This document shows, in pieces, positions 1 through 10,596 of a DNA stretch of 64,000 bases. Each line of letters begins with the position of its first letter. Within the stretch, counting starts at the first letter, position 1. The position numbers and the translations under genes are program-made. This DNA is from an uncultured Planctomycetota bacterium (GTDB lineage Bacteria > Planctomycetota > Planctomycetia > Isosphaerales > Isosphaeraceae). The notes beneath the pieces were generated by a model. It was not told the origin of the DNA. It made no database searches and worked only from the letters and a program-made list of their open reading frames with translations. The stretch lies in assembly GCA_963823665.1 (NCBI GenBank), contig CAWGMQ010000004.1, positions 2,752,001 to 2,816,000 on the forward strand. The letters run 5' to 3'.

Positions 1-154
1 CCAACTCTGGACGCATTTCCAAACGGGCGTAATACGGGTCCGGCAAGCATTGGTTCAGCTCGCTTCGCATTTCGGCTGCCAAGGCGTGGTGGAAATCCGG
101 CCATATATGCGGCGCTTGGAGGTACGGGTCCATGCCCGGGAGAGGTGACGGCAT
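1..154 (-). CDS. DUF4058 family protein, N-terminal part (runs off window edge)
   Basis: Manual translation from ATG at 154: MPSPLPGMDPYLQAPHIWPDFHHALAAEMRSELNQCLPDPYYARLE, matching the typical MPSPFPGMDPYLE..W.DFH start of DUF4058. Not in the ORF track. Confidence 0.85.
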   Translation of the reverse strand, partial: MPSPLPGMDPYLQAPHIWPDFHHALAAEMRSELNQCLPDPYYARLEMRPEL

Positions 155-301
155 TGCTACGGCTTCCAGAAGAAAAAGAGTCGATCAACGATCGTACCAT
201 CTCGCTCGCATACGCTCGACGAGCGCCGCCTCGCGCCTCGCGCGAGAAGGGCGTTGCTGGTGCCGGGAGTCAGGCTAAAGCCTAACCTACTCAATGCACA
301 A

Positions 302-1099
302 TCACCGCGAAGTATCGGCCACGACGCGGCCGCAAGCCGTATCGAGCTCAGCCAGAAGAGCATCGATGTCCCGGAATGGCCGATCGGAGATGTTGGCCCA
401 GCGGAGTGCGCCGCCGCGATCGATCAAGAATGTCCCATGCAAGGCTTCCCCGTCGTCAGGACTTGAAGCCGGAATCGGCTTCCAGACACCGTATGCCAGG
501 GCGACCGAATGGTCCGGGTCGCTCAGGAGAGGAATCTTCAGGCTTCCGTACTTGCGCATCCGCTCCCGCGTCAACTCGGGAGGGTCTGCACTGACGGCCC
601 AGACTTGCCCGCCCCGCTCTCGGAACCGCGGCAGCGCTGCCTCGAGTTCAACAAGATGCGTCATGCATGCCATGCAGGTGGATCCCAGGTAAAACACGAC
701 AACAATGGGCCCGACAGTCGCCTGGGCGCCCAGATCCCGGGTCTTCCCCGTTGTGTCACGCAAAACGAGCGGCGGGGCAGGGTGGCCGAGCAGAGGGTGC
801 GATTGGCTCCGGACACGACGCCTGCCGTTATCGCGGTGCTCGTCGGCCGAGGGCACGGCCCGCGCCCGCTCGGCCATGATCTGCCGCATCAGATCGACCT
901 GCACGATGCCTCGCGAATGGCCGCCGCGGTCGACCGTCGGATCGACCGTCGACCGGTGAAGTATGCCGCCAACCGGTAGTACAGGGCGCTGTCTATACAG
1001 CGTGAACCCCGTCCAGGCCAGTGATAAGGCGCTGGCAGCGATCAGGGCTGACGCGCAGGCCGGTTTCTTCATCATCGCGCGAGCTCCTTTTCGGCTCAC
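302..1099 (-). CDS. Peroxiredoxin/AhpC-TSA (redoxin) family protein with N-terminal membrane anchor
   Basis: VVVFYLGSTCMACMTHL (CxxC), WAVSAD, PLLSDPDHSVALAYGV, GTFLIDRGG motifs; overlaps the upstream gene stop (1096-1099). Confidence 0.8.
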   Translation of the reverse strand: MSRKGARAMMKKPACASALIAASALSLAWTGFTLYRQRPVLPVGGILHRSTVDPTVDRGGHSRGIVQVDLMRQIMAERARAVPSADEHRDNGRRRVRSQSHPLLGHPAPPLVLRDTTGKTRDLGAQATVGPIVVVFYLGSTCMACMTHLVELEAALPRFRERGGQVWAVSADPPELTRERMRKYGSLKIPLLSDPDHSVALAYGVWKPIPASSPDDGEALHGTFLIDRGGALRWANISDRPFRDIDALLAELDTACGRVVADTSR

Positions 1100-1455
1100 T
1101 GGAAGAACGGTTTCGACTCGCGCATCTCATACGCCTGTTTCTCGGCCCCGCCCCAGTCGCCGTCCTGGGCCTTCTTGGCGATTGCCTGAAGGTCCTTGTA
1201 GCTTGCGTCGGAGAGCTCGCCCGAGTCATGGCGCTCCTCGATTCGCAGGATGTCCTTGTCCAGCTCTTTCTGGTTCTTGAGCGAAATGGCGGTCAAAAGC
1301 GCCTCGAGCTCGCGGCGATTCTTCAGTTCGCGAACCGACGGCTCGCCGCAGCCGGCAAATAGCAGCACGAGAGCCACAAGCAGGGTCATTCGTAATTTCT
1401 GACCGCCCGCCGGGAGCCTACTCGTCTCAGGCTGCCCTTCAATAGGAATCGGCAC
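1096..1455 (-). CDS. Small hypothetical lipoprotein
   Basis: Hydrophobic stretch and lipobox LFAGC; lies directly after the DUF1559 gene, a common planctomycete arrangement. Confidence 0.65.
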   Translation of the reverse strand: MPIPIEGQPETSRLPAGGQKLRMTLLVALVLLFAGCGEPSVRELKNRRELEALLTAISLKNQKELDKDILRIEERHDSGELSDASYKDLQAIAKKAQDGDWGGAEKQAYEMRESKPFFQ

Positions 1456-2509
1456 TGATCACCTCCCCGTTGCTGCGGCTAGAGAGAGCCTGCCAGGCCA
1501 GCAAGTTAATCGCCTGCTTGATGAACCGAACGGATCCGTCCCCCATCAGCACATTGGCGCCGCCGGGGTGCAGCGAGTAGAACTCGTCGGTGTGACCGAG
1601 GGGGCTGTTGGGCGGGTGGATGACCACCGGGTCCTCATAGAGCGACGGCCCGCTGTGGGAGGCAAGGATCGCGCCGGGGTAATCGTAATTGACCCCCAGG
1701 CCGCCGGTCCCCAGGCTGGCGAAGGCGCCATAGGCGAAGTGCCGGTAGCCGGGAATGATCCCTACCCACGTGGCATCAGCCAGATAAGCCGTCTTCTCGC
1801 TCGCGAAAACCGTGTTGCTCAATCCGTCGGTTACCCCGGCGTAGCGAACGCGGCTATTCCGGTAGAGTGGTCCGTTATCTCCCAGCACAGGATCGTCGTA
1901 GTTGACATAAGCCGGCGTCATGCTCGTGTCGTTCCAGCCCATGTTGTACTGGTAGTTGGCGCGGGCGAAGTACTGGTTCGCCACCGGCAGCAGGTTCAGG
2001 TTGGCGTCGACCATCGGGCACGTGGGGGTCGGGTTGTTCGCCGACGGGCAGTTAAAGATGTTGATCTGGACCAAGACCACCGTCCCGTTGCCCGCCACCC
2101 ACGTCGGCAGGTTGACGTTCATCGCGTTGTAAAGCGGGGCCTGTTCGGCATAGGGCAGTAGCAGAGCCAGCCAGCCCCATCCCGGGCCGCTGTCCAGCGA
2201 GTGCGGGTCCGGATTATAGCCCGGCACCGCGATCTGCGTTGGCAGCGTCGCCGCGGCCGCCGAGTCGCAGTTGCCGCTGCTGCAATAACTGATGTATCCC
2301 GGAACGATACAACCGACGGCCGACTCGTAGTTGGCGATGGCCAACCCGATTTGTTTCAGGTTATTGGTGCACTGCGCCCGCCTTGCTGCCTCGCGGGCTG
2401 CCTGAACCGCCGGCAGAAGCAAGGCAATCAGCACCGAAATAATGGCAATAACCACCAACAGCTCAATCAACGTGAATCCGCGCGTGAAATGTTTGATACG
2501 CAAAGCCAT
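1439..2509 (-). CDS. DUF1559 prepilin-type N-terminal cleavage/methylation domain protein (H-X9-DG C-terminal motif)
   Basis: RGFTLIELLVVIAIISVLIALLLPAVQAAREAARRAQCTNNLKQIGLA; ITDG-like VTDGLSNT; HPGGANVLMGDGSVRF. Confidence 0.95.
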   Translation of the reverse strand: MALRIKHFTRGFTLIELLVVIAIISVLIALLLPAVQAAREAARRAQCTNNLKQIGLAIANYESAVGCIVPGYISYCSSGNCDSAAAATLPTQIAVPGYNPDPHSLDSGPGWGWLALLLPYAEQAPLYNAMNVNLPTWVAGNGTVVLVQINIFNCPSANNPTPTCPMVDANLNLLPVANQYFARANYQYNMGWNDTSMTPAYVNYDDPVLGDNGPLYRNSRVRYAGVTDGLSNTVFASEKTAYLADATWVGIIPGYRHFAYGAFASLGTGGLGVNYDYPGAILASHSGPSLYEDPVVIHPPNSPLGHTDEFYSLHPGGANVLMGDGSVRFIKQAINLLAWQALSSRSNGEVISADSY

Positions 2510-2746
2510 CGACGACCCACCGTGAGATTTTGGTTGACCAAAAATAAGATTTTAGTAATCTATCGACTCCATTGGACGAAAGTCCATAGAAGAATTTCGG
2601 AATTCGAAAGGATCAACAAAAGTGCCCAAATGCGCACTTTAGGCAAGGCCAAGTCTACGCCAAGCTCGGGCGCGAACAGGCCTGGTTCAATTGCGGGTAA
2701 CACCGCCCACGAAATAGCGCGACGCCAGAGAGAGACTAACCGGAAC

Positions 2747-2771
2747 CCTCGCTTACGCTTCGGGCTAGTGT
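2747..2771. repeat. REP-like palindrome, single arm (family A)
   Basis: cctcgcttacgcttcgggctagtgt is near-identical to the right arm at 34839-34863. Confidence 0.7.
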
Positions 2772-2930
2772 AGTCGCCAGGACGGGTGCGCAACGTGTAA
2801 CCCGAACCGCCGCGCGATCGAACTAGGCCCGCGAAGAGCCTGAAGCAGATCGGGTTGAAAGACGCATGGCGACAAGCGACTGATGGGAGGGCTCGCGCGC
2901 TCGACGTGCGTTGCCGCTTGCGAAAAGATG

Positions 2931-4277
2931 TCAGCGTCGCGCCAGAGTTATGAAGTCGTCCACCGCGACGTGGCCTATCGAGGGATCGCGACCGCGGGCG
3001 TCAGCCACGAGCGGCGCGAGCACTCCTCCGACCGCGGCTGCGAGCAGGGCGAGAATGCAATGTCCGACGATCAAGAAGGGATCCGCGTAGGCCGGCAAGG
3101 GTCTGCCCGCTTCCGTGATCATCATGAACCCGTCTCTGACCGTGAAGCTGAGATCACACTGTCGCAAACAAAGAGCCAGGCTGTTCTTGAGTGCGGTGCC
3201 CTCGACGTCAATTATCACTTTTGACGTCATCGTCTGCCGCGCGAATTGCAGGCCGACGGGATCAACGTAAATCGGAATTCCTTTGTAGTCGCCGGTCGTG
3301 GTTTGGTTCTTGATGTACTTGAGGACGTCCTCGAGCGGTGCCCCCTTGGGGAAGTGCATCGGAATCGGCATCTCGAGTGCCTTCAGAATGGATTTGTTCC
3401 GAGAGTTGTTCCTTTCCGACGCGTCGCGGAAGTCACTCCAGTGCGGGACTGCGTCCCCGCGGAGGGCGTTCAACAAGTGCGTGGTCGGCGGGTACGGCCA
3501 GCCGGCGTCGCTCGTGTCGCCTGTTCTCCCGAATGTGAAATACATGTAGCCCCAACCGAAAAGGGCAGCCCCCAACCACATCGTCCGCCGTTTTCCTCGA
3601 CCGCCGAGCGCTCCCAGAGTCGCCAGACCCAGCATCCCGCAGGTCAGAAGAAACACCACGCCGGCCCACAAGCCCGGAGCCGACTTTGAGGCAGCAAGCG
3701 CGAATGCGGCGACCAGCGCGGAGCCGGTAAGCCACATCAATGCCGGTCGCCGCCACCAGGTCGTGGGCAACCGGTCGGATGCGGACGTTTCAGCGACAGC
3801 TTGCTCGCGATCCCGACTTGCGGCTGCTGAGAGCACGTTCGCTGCCGCACCCCCGAGGATCGCCGCCACAAGCGCCCACAGGCAATGAGCGATGTGCAGG
3901 AAAGTCCAGTGAAGAGAACCGGTTCGAGACCAGGCCGCCTTCTGAATGGTCGGGTCAAATTTCGAGCTGAGAAAGAGCAGCAAGGCTGTGGTCGGCAAGC
4001 TATCAAAGTTGATCTCGGACCAGAATGCCAGCACCAGGTAGCCGATTCCGAACAGGGCGAAGCCGAGCCACCACGTTCGCTCGCCGCGAGGCCGGTAGAC
4101 AGCGCAGACGATTGCCAGGCCGAGCACGCTCCAGACCAGCATCAACATCGCGCCGGCCCACGCGGGAGTGGAAGCCCGCAGCGCAGCGACAGCGAGTGCC
4201 GCCACCGCAACCGCGGCCATCAACCCGGCGATCGAAAAGCGAATCCGGCGCAAGAGATGTTGCCTCGACGTCGTCAA
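2931..4277 (-). CDS. Multi-pass membrane protein with internal duplication and an STN-like soluble domain
   Basis: RFSIAGLMAAVAVAAL N-terminus; W..GFALFG(I/W)GY-type segment occurs twice; LEMPIPMHF..PLEDVLKYIK..IPIYVDP..L resembles secretin-N/STN-like domains. Confidence 0.6.
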   Translation of the reverse strand: MTTSRQHLLRRIRFSIAGLMAAVAVAALAVAALRASTPAWAGAMLMLVWSVLGLAIVCAVYRPRGERTWWLGFALFGIGYLVLAFWSEINFDSLPTTALLLFLSSKFDPTIQKAAWSRTGSLHWTFLHIAHCLWALVAAILGGAAANVLSAAASRDREQAVAETSASDRLPTTWWRRPALMWLTGSALVAAFALAASKSAPGLWAGVVFLLTCGMLGLATLGALGGRGKRRTMWLGAALFGWGYMYFTFGRTGDTSDAGWPYPPTTHLLNALRGDAVPHWSDFRDASERNNSRNKSILKALEMPIPMHFPKGAPLEDVLKYIKNQTTTGDYKGIPIYVDPVGLQFARQTMTSKVIIDVEGTALKNSLALCLRQCDLSFTVRDGFMMITEAGRPLPAYADPFLIVGHCILALLAAAVGGVLAPLVADARGRDPSIGHVAVDDFITLARR

Positions 4278-4295
4278 ATCTGAGCAAGTGCCATT

Positions 4296-7195
4296 TCATG
4301 GATTTTGAATGCGGATCTCGCCGAGGTCAATTGTTTGGCCGGCTTTGACGGTAAACTCTTTTCGCACCTGCGGGCCGCTCGCCTCGCGAGACGTCGTGCG
4401 GTCGATGACACGGTAGGATGCGCCCGGGATGAGCGCCGGAAAGGTGATCACGCCGTGGGCGTCCGGCGCAGGGAGTTTCGCGTAGTTGACCGGGTCGAGG
4501 CTGGGCAGATCAGATTCGTCGGCCAATGTCTCGGCCGCTCGCATCTGCGTGGCCCCAGGTGCGACTACCATGGAAATTAGCCACCGACCGCCTCGGAGCG
4601 CCTTGACGGGTTTCCCGTGTGGATCAATCAGACGCATCACCGCCGAGCCGCAAGGCGCGAGCGTCACGACAATCGTCCCGCGCGGCGCGGATTTCGCCGT
4701 GAGAAAGGCGGTCGCAGCCAGCTTGCGCTTCGGTTCAAGGAAATGGACGGGAGTCTCGACTTCGGGATCGAGCCCGTGCATCACGAACCGCCCGTGTTGC
4801 GCGACGGAATGGTACCCCTTGAACCAAGCGATCGCGCGCGTCGGCTTGATCACTCGGCTTATCATCCAGATGTTTTCCGCCGGCTTGCCGTCCGGATCGA
4901 GAACCTCGCCCCTGACCGTCACACCGCGGCGGAGCACCACGTTGACGACCGGGCCCTGCGCGCCCGGCTTCAGGTCCAAGAAGATGGCGCTGTGCCAGTA
5001 ATACCGGCGGCCGCCGAACCGGCCTTCGTCGACGATCCGCCCATCAAACGCCTGGAGCACGAAATCATCGGTGGGACCCATGACCGAGAGGTAGCCCGGG
5101 CTCGGCAGTGCGGCAAGTTGAAACGAGCCGTCCAATTCGGAATCGACATCGGGGCTTCCGCTGTTTGCCCGGCCTTGTTGCTCTTCGCGAGAAATGAAAC
5201 GGAGGCTCGCCCGTGCAACCGGTTTGCCTGATCCTTCCTCGGTGACCTTACCGGCGAGAGTAACGCCCCGCGGCAGGGCCAGGTCGATGGAGTGCTCGAC
5301 GGCGCCCTTGGGCCAGTCAAACTCTTGCCAGAGGGAAAGATGTGTTTGGCCGCCCCGCGGCGGCGGAAAGGCAGTGACCAGATAACGATCACTCCGTGCG
5401 GCATTGGCGCGAAATCGTCCCTCCGCGTCGGCTCGCATCTCCAACGGAACAATCGGCCGCCCGGGGCCGAGTGAGGAGTGCACGACCAGCCGGGCACCAG
5501 CGGCTGGCTTGCCGGAGTCTGCATACGTAATGCGGCCCGAAACAATCTGGGCCGGTTCGAGCGCCGCTTTCATTTCCTTGGGCCCAGGACGATCATCGGT
5601 GTCAACGTCGACGGATTGTAGGGCAAATCGCGGGTCGTTAACTTCGAGCGAGACACGAAACCCTCGGCCCACCCCCCGCACCGTGAAGCGGCCGTCGGCG
5701 TCGGTGACCACAGGCTGCGGCCAGCCCGCCGATGACTTTCCGCGGGCCGATCCCGGTCGTGTGCCTTCGACGCCGTCCTCTCGCGGTCCTCGAATCGACT
5801 GGGCTCCGCGACTCATGGTGCTGACCCAAAGCTCGACGCCTTGCACGGGGCGCCCCTGCACATCGAACAGCCGCCCCTGGATGAACTGCTCCGGAAACAG
5901 ACTGATTTCCGCTTGGGGCTTTTCGGCGTCCGGGTCGAGCTCGACCCAGCCCGCACCGTAGCCGGGTGCAGTTGCGATCGCCCCGACATTCTCGTGCTGT
6001 GATGAGCCTGTGCGAGCCGCGTCGAGACGGAAGTGTCCCGAGTCATTCGAGCGGGCTTCGCCGATCGGCGCGGGGCTCAAGAGCACCAAGGTCCGCCCCC
6101 GTATTTTGCCACGTGCGTAGGCGAGGATCGTTGCGCCCGCCATGGGTTTGCCCCCCGGGTCGAGCACACGCCCGGTGACGAACATCCGGCCGGGAGGAGC
6201 GCGTCGCCATCGGATTTGGCCGCGACCTGCTCCCGAGCCTGCCGAACAACACGCGAGCGCTCCAGCGGAATAGTGCTCGCGAGGGAACCGGTCAAGTAGC
6301 TGCCTCCCCCGACAAGAGCTCCGGAGAGTAAAAGCGCCAGTGCGACGAGGGCCATTCTCCGCAGCAGCATGGTTTGGAGCACCTTTCGGGCAAGCGACGT
6401 GGCGGCACCAGTAGCACACTCGTTCCCCACCCGCCCCGCCACGAAGCTCATCGCGGCAGAAGTTGTGGTATCGCACAGATTCGATGAGACCGACGTTGAT
6501 GCCCAGTGCTGGCTCGATGCCCAGCCCAGCGCAGCAATCGGCAAGGCGAGACCGCGGCGAGCGAGTGCCGCACGCAGCTTCTCTCGAGCGCGGGCCAACC
6601 GGCTGCGCACCGTTCCGACCGGCCAGTTGAGTCGACCGGCGATCTCGTCAATCGTTTGGCCTTCGAAGTAACGCAACACCACCGCAACCCGGAATGCGTT
6701 GGGCAACCGGTCGATTTCCTGGTGCAAACCCTCGGTTTGCTCGCGGGCCAGCGCTGTCTCCTCGGCGGACGGAACGCGAAGGTCGTGCTCGGCAGTGGAA
6801 TCCCGGCCCGAACTGGCGGTACGATTTCCCAAGTCATACTCGCGGAGACGCCCCAGTCGTGCCTTCGCGTGCCGCGCTGTCCGCAGCGAAACGCCGTAGA
6901 GCCAGTTTGGCAGCAGGTCCGGGTCGCGAATCGACGCCGCGCGCCGGGCGAGAACAAAGAACACAGCCTGGAAAACATCCTCGGCGTGATGCTTGTCGTG
7001 CAAAAGCTTGCTGCAGAGGCCGAGTACCATCGGACCATGGCGGCGCACCAGCGCCGTAAACGCGGCCTGTCGAGTGGGTTCGCGCCCGGCATTGAATTGC
7101 TCGAGGAGCTGCCGGTCCGTCAGTCCGGCAATCGCTCCACCGCTCCACAATGTCTCGAGCTGTTTGACCAGACTCGCCGATGCGGACCGTGCCAT
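4296..7195 (-). CDS. ECF sigma-70 factor fused via a TM helix to carboxypeptidase-regulatory-like repeats; split by a frameshift near 6200
   Basis: ORF 6077-7195 has TDRQLLEQF, AFTALVRRHGPMVLG, AEDVFQAVF, GTVRSRLARAR and a TM helix; ORF 4296-6476 has repeated GRVLDPGGKP / GRLFDVQGRPV / GKVTEEGSGKP modules. Confidence 0.85.
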
Positions 7196-7308
7196 GGTTG
7201 TCGGCTCTCTCGAACAGTCCTCGTTCCGGAAGCTCCCCGAACTAAGGAACGGGTCGGAAAGAACTTCCGCTGACTTACGTGAAGCGCGCCGCGGAGCGGC
7301 ACAAACAC

Positions 7309-7333
7309 CGTTCCGACGCAGAGCGTCGGAACG
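7309..7333. repeat. REP-like palindrome (family B)
   Basis: cgttccgacgc-aga-gcgtcggaacg, an 11-bp perfect stem in an intergenic region. Confidence 0.6.
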
Positions 7334-7581
7334 AGGACTTTCCTTCGTGGTACGGTTGATATCGAAATCGGGAGGTTAATTCCGGCCTGCTGCTAAAGGC
7401 TTTGTGGCCCCAGAGTCTCGTGGAGCAGTCTTTCCTGAACGGATACTGCCGCGATGGCGTTGATTCTATCCCCGGTTGTGATCGAATACTCTAGTCCACG
7501 AGCGAAATCGCCGGCGGATCACCGGATCTGACCGATCTCAAACCACCTCGCCATCGAGACCATCCGGAAGCGAAAGGCTCG

Positions 7582-10500
7582 ATGACTACCTCCCTCGATC
7601 AACGAGCATCCGCCGAACGACGGCCGACCAGCTCCTGGATTACCGCTGATTTCTTGGCCGACCGCGCATTGCTTCTCCTCATGGTCGCGGCCGCGTTCCT
7701 GCTGGGTTGCCAGCAGCTCTTCGACGCTGACTTCTGGTGGCACCTGAAGAGCGGGCAGTGGATTCTGGAAAAGCGGGAAGTCCCCACCGTCGACCCGTTC
7801 ACATTTGCTTCTGCCGATCGCCCCTGGATCGATCTGTCGTGGCTGTTTCAGGTGACGCTTGCGGCGGCTTTTGCGGCGGCCGGAGTGCCGGGCGCGATCG
7901 TGATGACCGCGGCGGTGTGCGCGGCTGCGATCGTGGTTGTCTTGATCCTTCGCGATCGTCGATCTCCGTTCTGGCTGATCACCGTCTGCTGGATACCCGC
8001 GCTCGCGCTCATGAGCGCTCGATTTGTGCCAAGACCGGAGATCTTTTCGGTACTCTGGCTGGCTCTTTACCTGACCATCCTGTTGAAGGCCGATGTTTCG
8101 CCGGCGCTGGCGTGGTTGCTGCCTTTGATTCAGGTGTTTTGGGTGAACACGCATGGGCTGTTTGTCCTGGGGCCGATTGTCCTCTTCGCCTATCTGGCTG
8201 ACCGGTTCGCTCGGTCTGCGCGGGCTCCCAGCGAGCCTGGCGATCTGCGGCCGCCCGCCTCGAAGCTAAGGTGGGCTCACCTGGGCGGGGCATCGGTGGT
8301 GGTCTGCGTCGCCTGCCTGGTAAACCCGTACGGGCTGCGCGGAGCGCTCTTTCCACTGGAATTGTTCCCCAAGATCACGGCCTGGGGCGGTGTCTATAAG
8401 TCGTACATCGCTGAATTCGGCGATCTCCGCGACTTCGTGCGCAAGCAGGGTCCGACGGCTGCTGGCAGCCTTTACTTGAGGATCGAGTGCTTGCTGGTCT
8501 GGTTGATTCCGCCGAGCTTCATCGTGCCGGCGGTCTGGCGGCTGGGTGGATTGGGTCCAGGCTGGCGGGCGATTCATGTTGGCGGCTTCGGAGCGGCGCT
8601 GGGGCTGATTTTCCTGAGCGTGCTCGGGTTTCCCGCTCCGGGAACGCCTCCACCGATGGTCTGGATGGCCCAGATGGCAGCGCCTGCGATGACTCTGCTG
8701 GGAATCTTTTCCGCGGCCCTTCTCTTTCGTTCGTCTCGCCGAGCGGCCACTCTGGCCGTCACTGGCTGCCTTGCCACGGCACTTTCAATGCTCTGGCTGC
8801 GATTGCATCTGTTCGGAGAAGGGCCAGGGCCCGCGGCGTGGCTCGGTGCGATCAACGTGGGCGAGATCGTCCTGGGCTGGGGCACCGTCCTGGTCATGGT
8901 CGTTGCCGCGTGGCTCGTGCTCCGCGCCGGTGGCCGGGTATTCATCCTGGTTATCGCAAGTCTGTTCGGCTATCTGGCTCTCCAGGCGATCCGCAACATG
9001 AACTTGTTTGGGTTGGCGTCCGGAATCGTGCTGAGCTGGAACCTCGGCGGCTGGGCTCGCGACATGACGTCAATCGACGGCGATGTGTCGCGCCAAAGAC
9101 CGGTGCCGGTGTTCGCGCGCCTTGCCGCCCGAGCGCTGGTCGCGATGGTCGTTGGACTGATGATTTTCACTACAGTGACTGATCGATTCTTCCACGCCAC
9201 GGGCGAGCCGCGGCAATTCGGGCTGCGCGAGTCACCGTTGGCATTTGCCCACGCAGCCGCCCGGTTCGCAGGGCAGACTGGCATGCCCGACCGTGCGCTG
9301 GCCTACGATCTCAACCAGGCAGGCGTTTACGTTTTTCACAACTGGCCAGTCCGCAGAGTATTCATGGATGGCCGCCTCGAAGTGCCGGAACGTGCCACGT
9401 TCGAGACGTACGTCCGGCTCGAGAATATGCTGAATGAAGGCCGGCGCGGCTGGGCCGAACCGTTGCATCGGATGGGCGAGCCGCTCATCCTGCTGGGTCA
9501 TGCCAAGGAATTCGGCGCGGAGGCGACGTTTCTGGTTGATCCAGGCTGGCGCTGCGTCTACTTCGACGCGATTGCGTCGGTTTTCCTATCGAACAGTCGA
9601 AGCGACTTGAAGGCGACTTTTCCCGGTGTCGACTTCGCCGCGCGGCTGTTTCGCGATCAAGAATGGCGAGCCGCGCAGCCTGAGGCGAGGGGTATCGCCG
9701 AAGGTAAGGCGCTGCTCAACCTGGCTTCGGCGCTCGAATATCGAGAAGGGGCTTCCGGCGAGCTGCCGATTTCCGTCGCGCTCGCGGCCGGGCATCGCTT
9801 TCGTCAGGCGATTGCCGTCGATGGAACGAGATCCTTAACCTGGGCGTTGCTCGGGATGTCATGCTGGAACATGATCGCCGACCTGCGCACTCCGCCGCCG
9901 GGGCCGGCCGAGCCCTGGGAGATCGCGCGCGGCATCTTGCCGGCGCAGGCAAGCTATTGTTTCCGGCGAGCACTCGCGCTCGACCCTTCTGACCAGAATG
10001 CCAGGGCCTCGCTGTTGCGTTCACTGGAGATGCGCGGCATGGCCGAACCAGAGCGTGGGCTCTTCGAGCATGAGAACTTGGTACGGGATGGCGTGAGCGA
10101 TCCATTGGTTCCGGGTGCGGAGATCGCCAATCCTGAGCGGCTGGCGCGGCGGATTGCCGAGGAGCTTCAAGCCGGCCGCTTCGAGGCGGTTTTCGCCTGT
10201 TTCGCCGATGCCGAAGCTCGGGGAATCAAGCCTGACTGGGCGACCGTCGATCGCGTTGGGACCACGCTTTTGCATCTTGGCGAGCCGGCGGTCGCGCGAC
10301 GAGTCTGGGAGCACGCACCAGGTGCTCCGACAACTGCTTTGCGTCTCAGCCGCATCGCCACGGCGGCGTTAGCCTCCCAGGATTTCCAGTCCGCGAAAGA
10401 AGGCTATGAATCCGCGCTCGCGCTTGATTCTGGGCTGGGTGAAGCGTGGTTCGGCCTTGCGCTTCTTCACGCGCAACGTGGTGACGCCAAGGAGGCGTCC

Positions 10501-10596
10501 GCCGCTTGCGAGGGCGGGCTGCGTCGATCGCCGAGCGAGGCGCAAGCCGGGGCAATCCGGGTTCTCCAGAGCCTGTGCGCCAATCCCCGCTCCTAA
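7582..10596 (+). CDS. Large polytopic membrane protein (GT-C-like N-terminal half) with C-terminal TPRs
   Basis: DFWWHLKSGQWI..DPFT, RPEIFS, WVNTHGLFVLG, LVNPYG and VFMDGR motifs; many TM helices; TPR-like YESALALDSGLGEAWFGLA. Confidence 0.7.
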   Translation: MTTSLDQRASAERRPTSSWITADFLADRALLLLMVAAAFLLGCQQLFDADFWWHLKSGQWILEKREVPTVDPFTFASADRPWIDLSWLFQVTLAAAFAAAGVPGAIVMTAAVCAAAIVVVLILRDRRSPFWLITVCWIPALALMSARFVPRPEIFSVLWLALYLTILLKADVSPALAWLLPLIQVFWVNTHGLFVLGPIVLFAYLADRFARSARAPSEPGDLRPPASKLRWAHLGGASVVVCVACLVNPYGLRGALFPLELFPKITAWGGVYKSYIAEFGDLRDFVRKQGPTAAGSLYLRIECLLVWLIPPSFIVPAVWRLGGLGPGWRAIHVGGFGAALGLIFLSVLGFPAPGTPPPMVWMAQMAAPAMTLLGIFSAALLFRSSRRAATLAVTGCLATALSMLWLRLHLFGEGPGPAAWLGAINVGEIVLGWGTVLVMVVAAWLVLRAGGRVFILVIASLFGYLALQAIRNMNLFGLASGIVLSWNLGGWARDMTSIDGDVSRQRPVPVFARLAARALVAMVVGLMIFTTVTDRFFHATGEPRQFGLRESPLAFAHAAARFAGQTGMPDRALAYDLNQAGVYVFHNWPVRRVFMDGRLEVPERATFETYVRLENMLNEGRRGWAEPLHRMGEPLILLGHAKEFGAEATFLVDPGWRCVYFDAIASVFLSNSRSDLKATFPGVDFAARLFRDQEWRAAQPEARGIAEGKALLNLASALEYREGASGELPISVALAAGHRFRQAIAVDGTRSLTWALLGMSCWNMIADLRTPPPGPAEPWEIARGILPAQASYCFRRALALDPSDQNARASLLRSLEMRGMAEPERGLFEHENLVRDGVSDPLVPGAEIANPERLARRIAEELQAGRFEAVFACFADAEARGIKPDWATVDRVGTTLLHLGEPAVARRVWEHAPGAPTTALRLSRIATAALASQDFQSAKEGYESALALDSGLGEAWFGLALLHAQRGDAKEASAACEGGLRRSPSEAQAGAIRVLQSLCANPRS

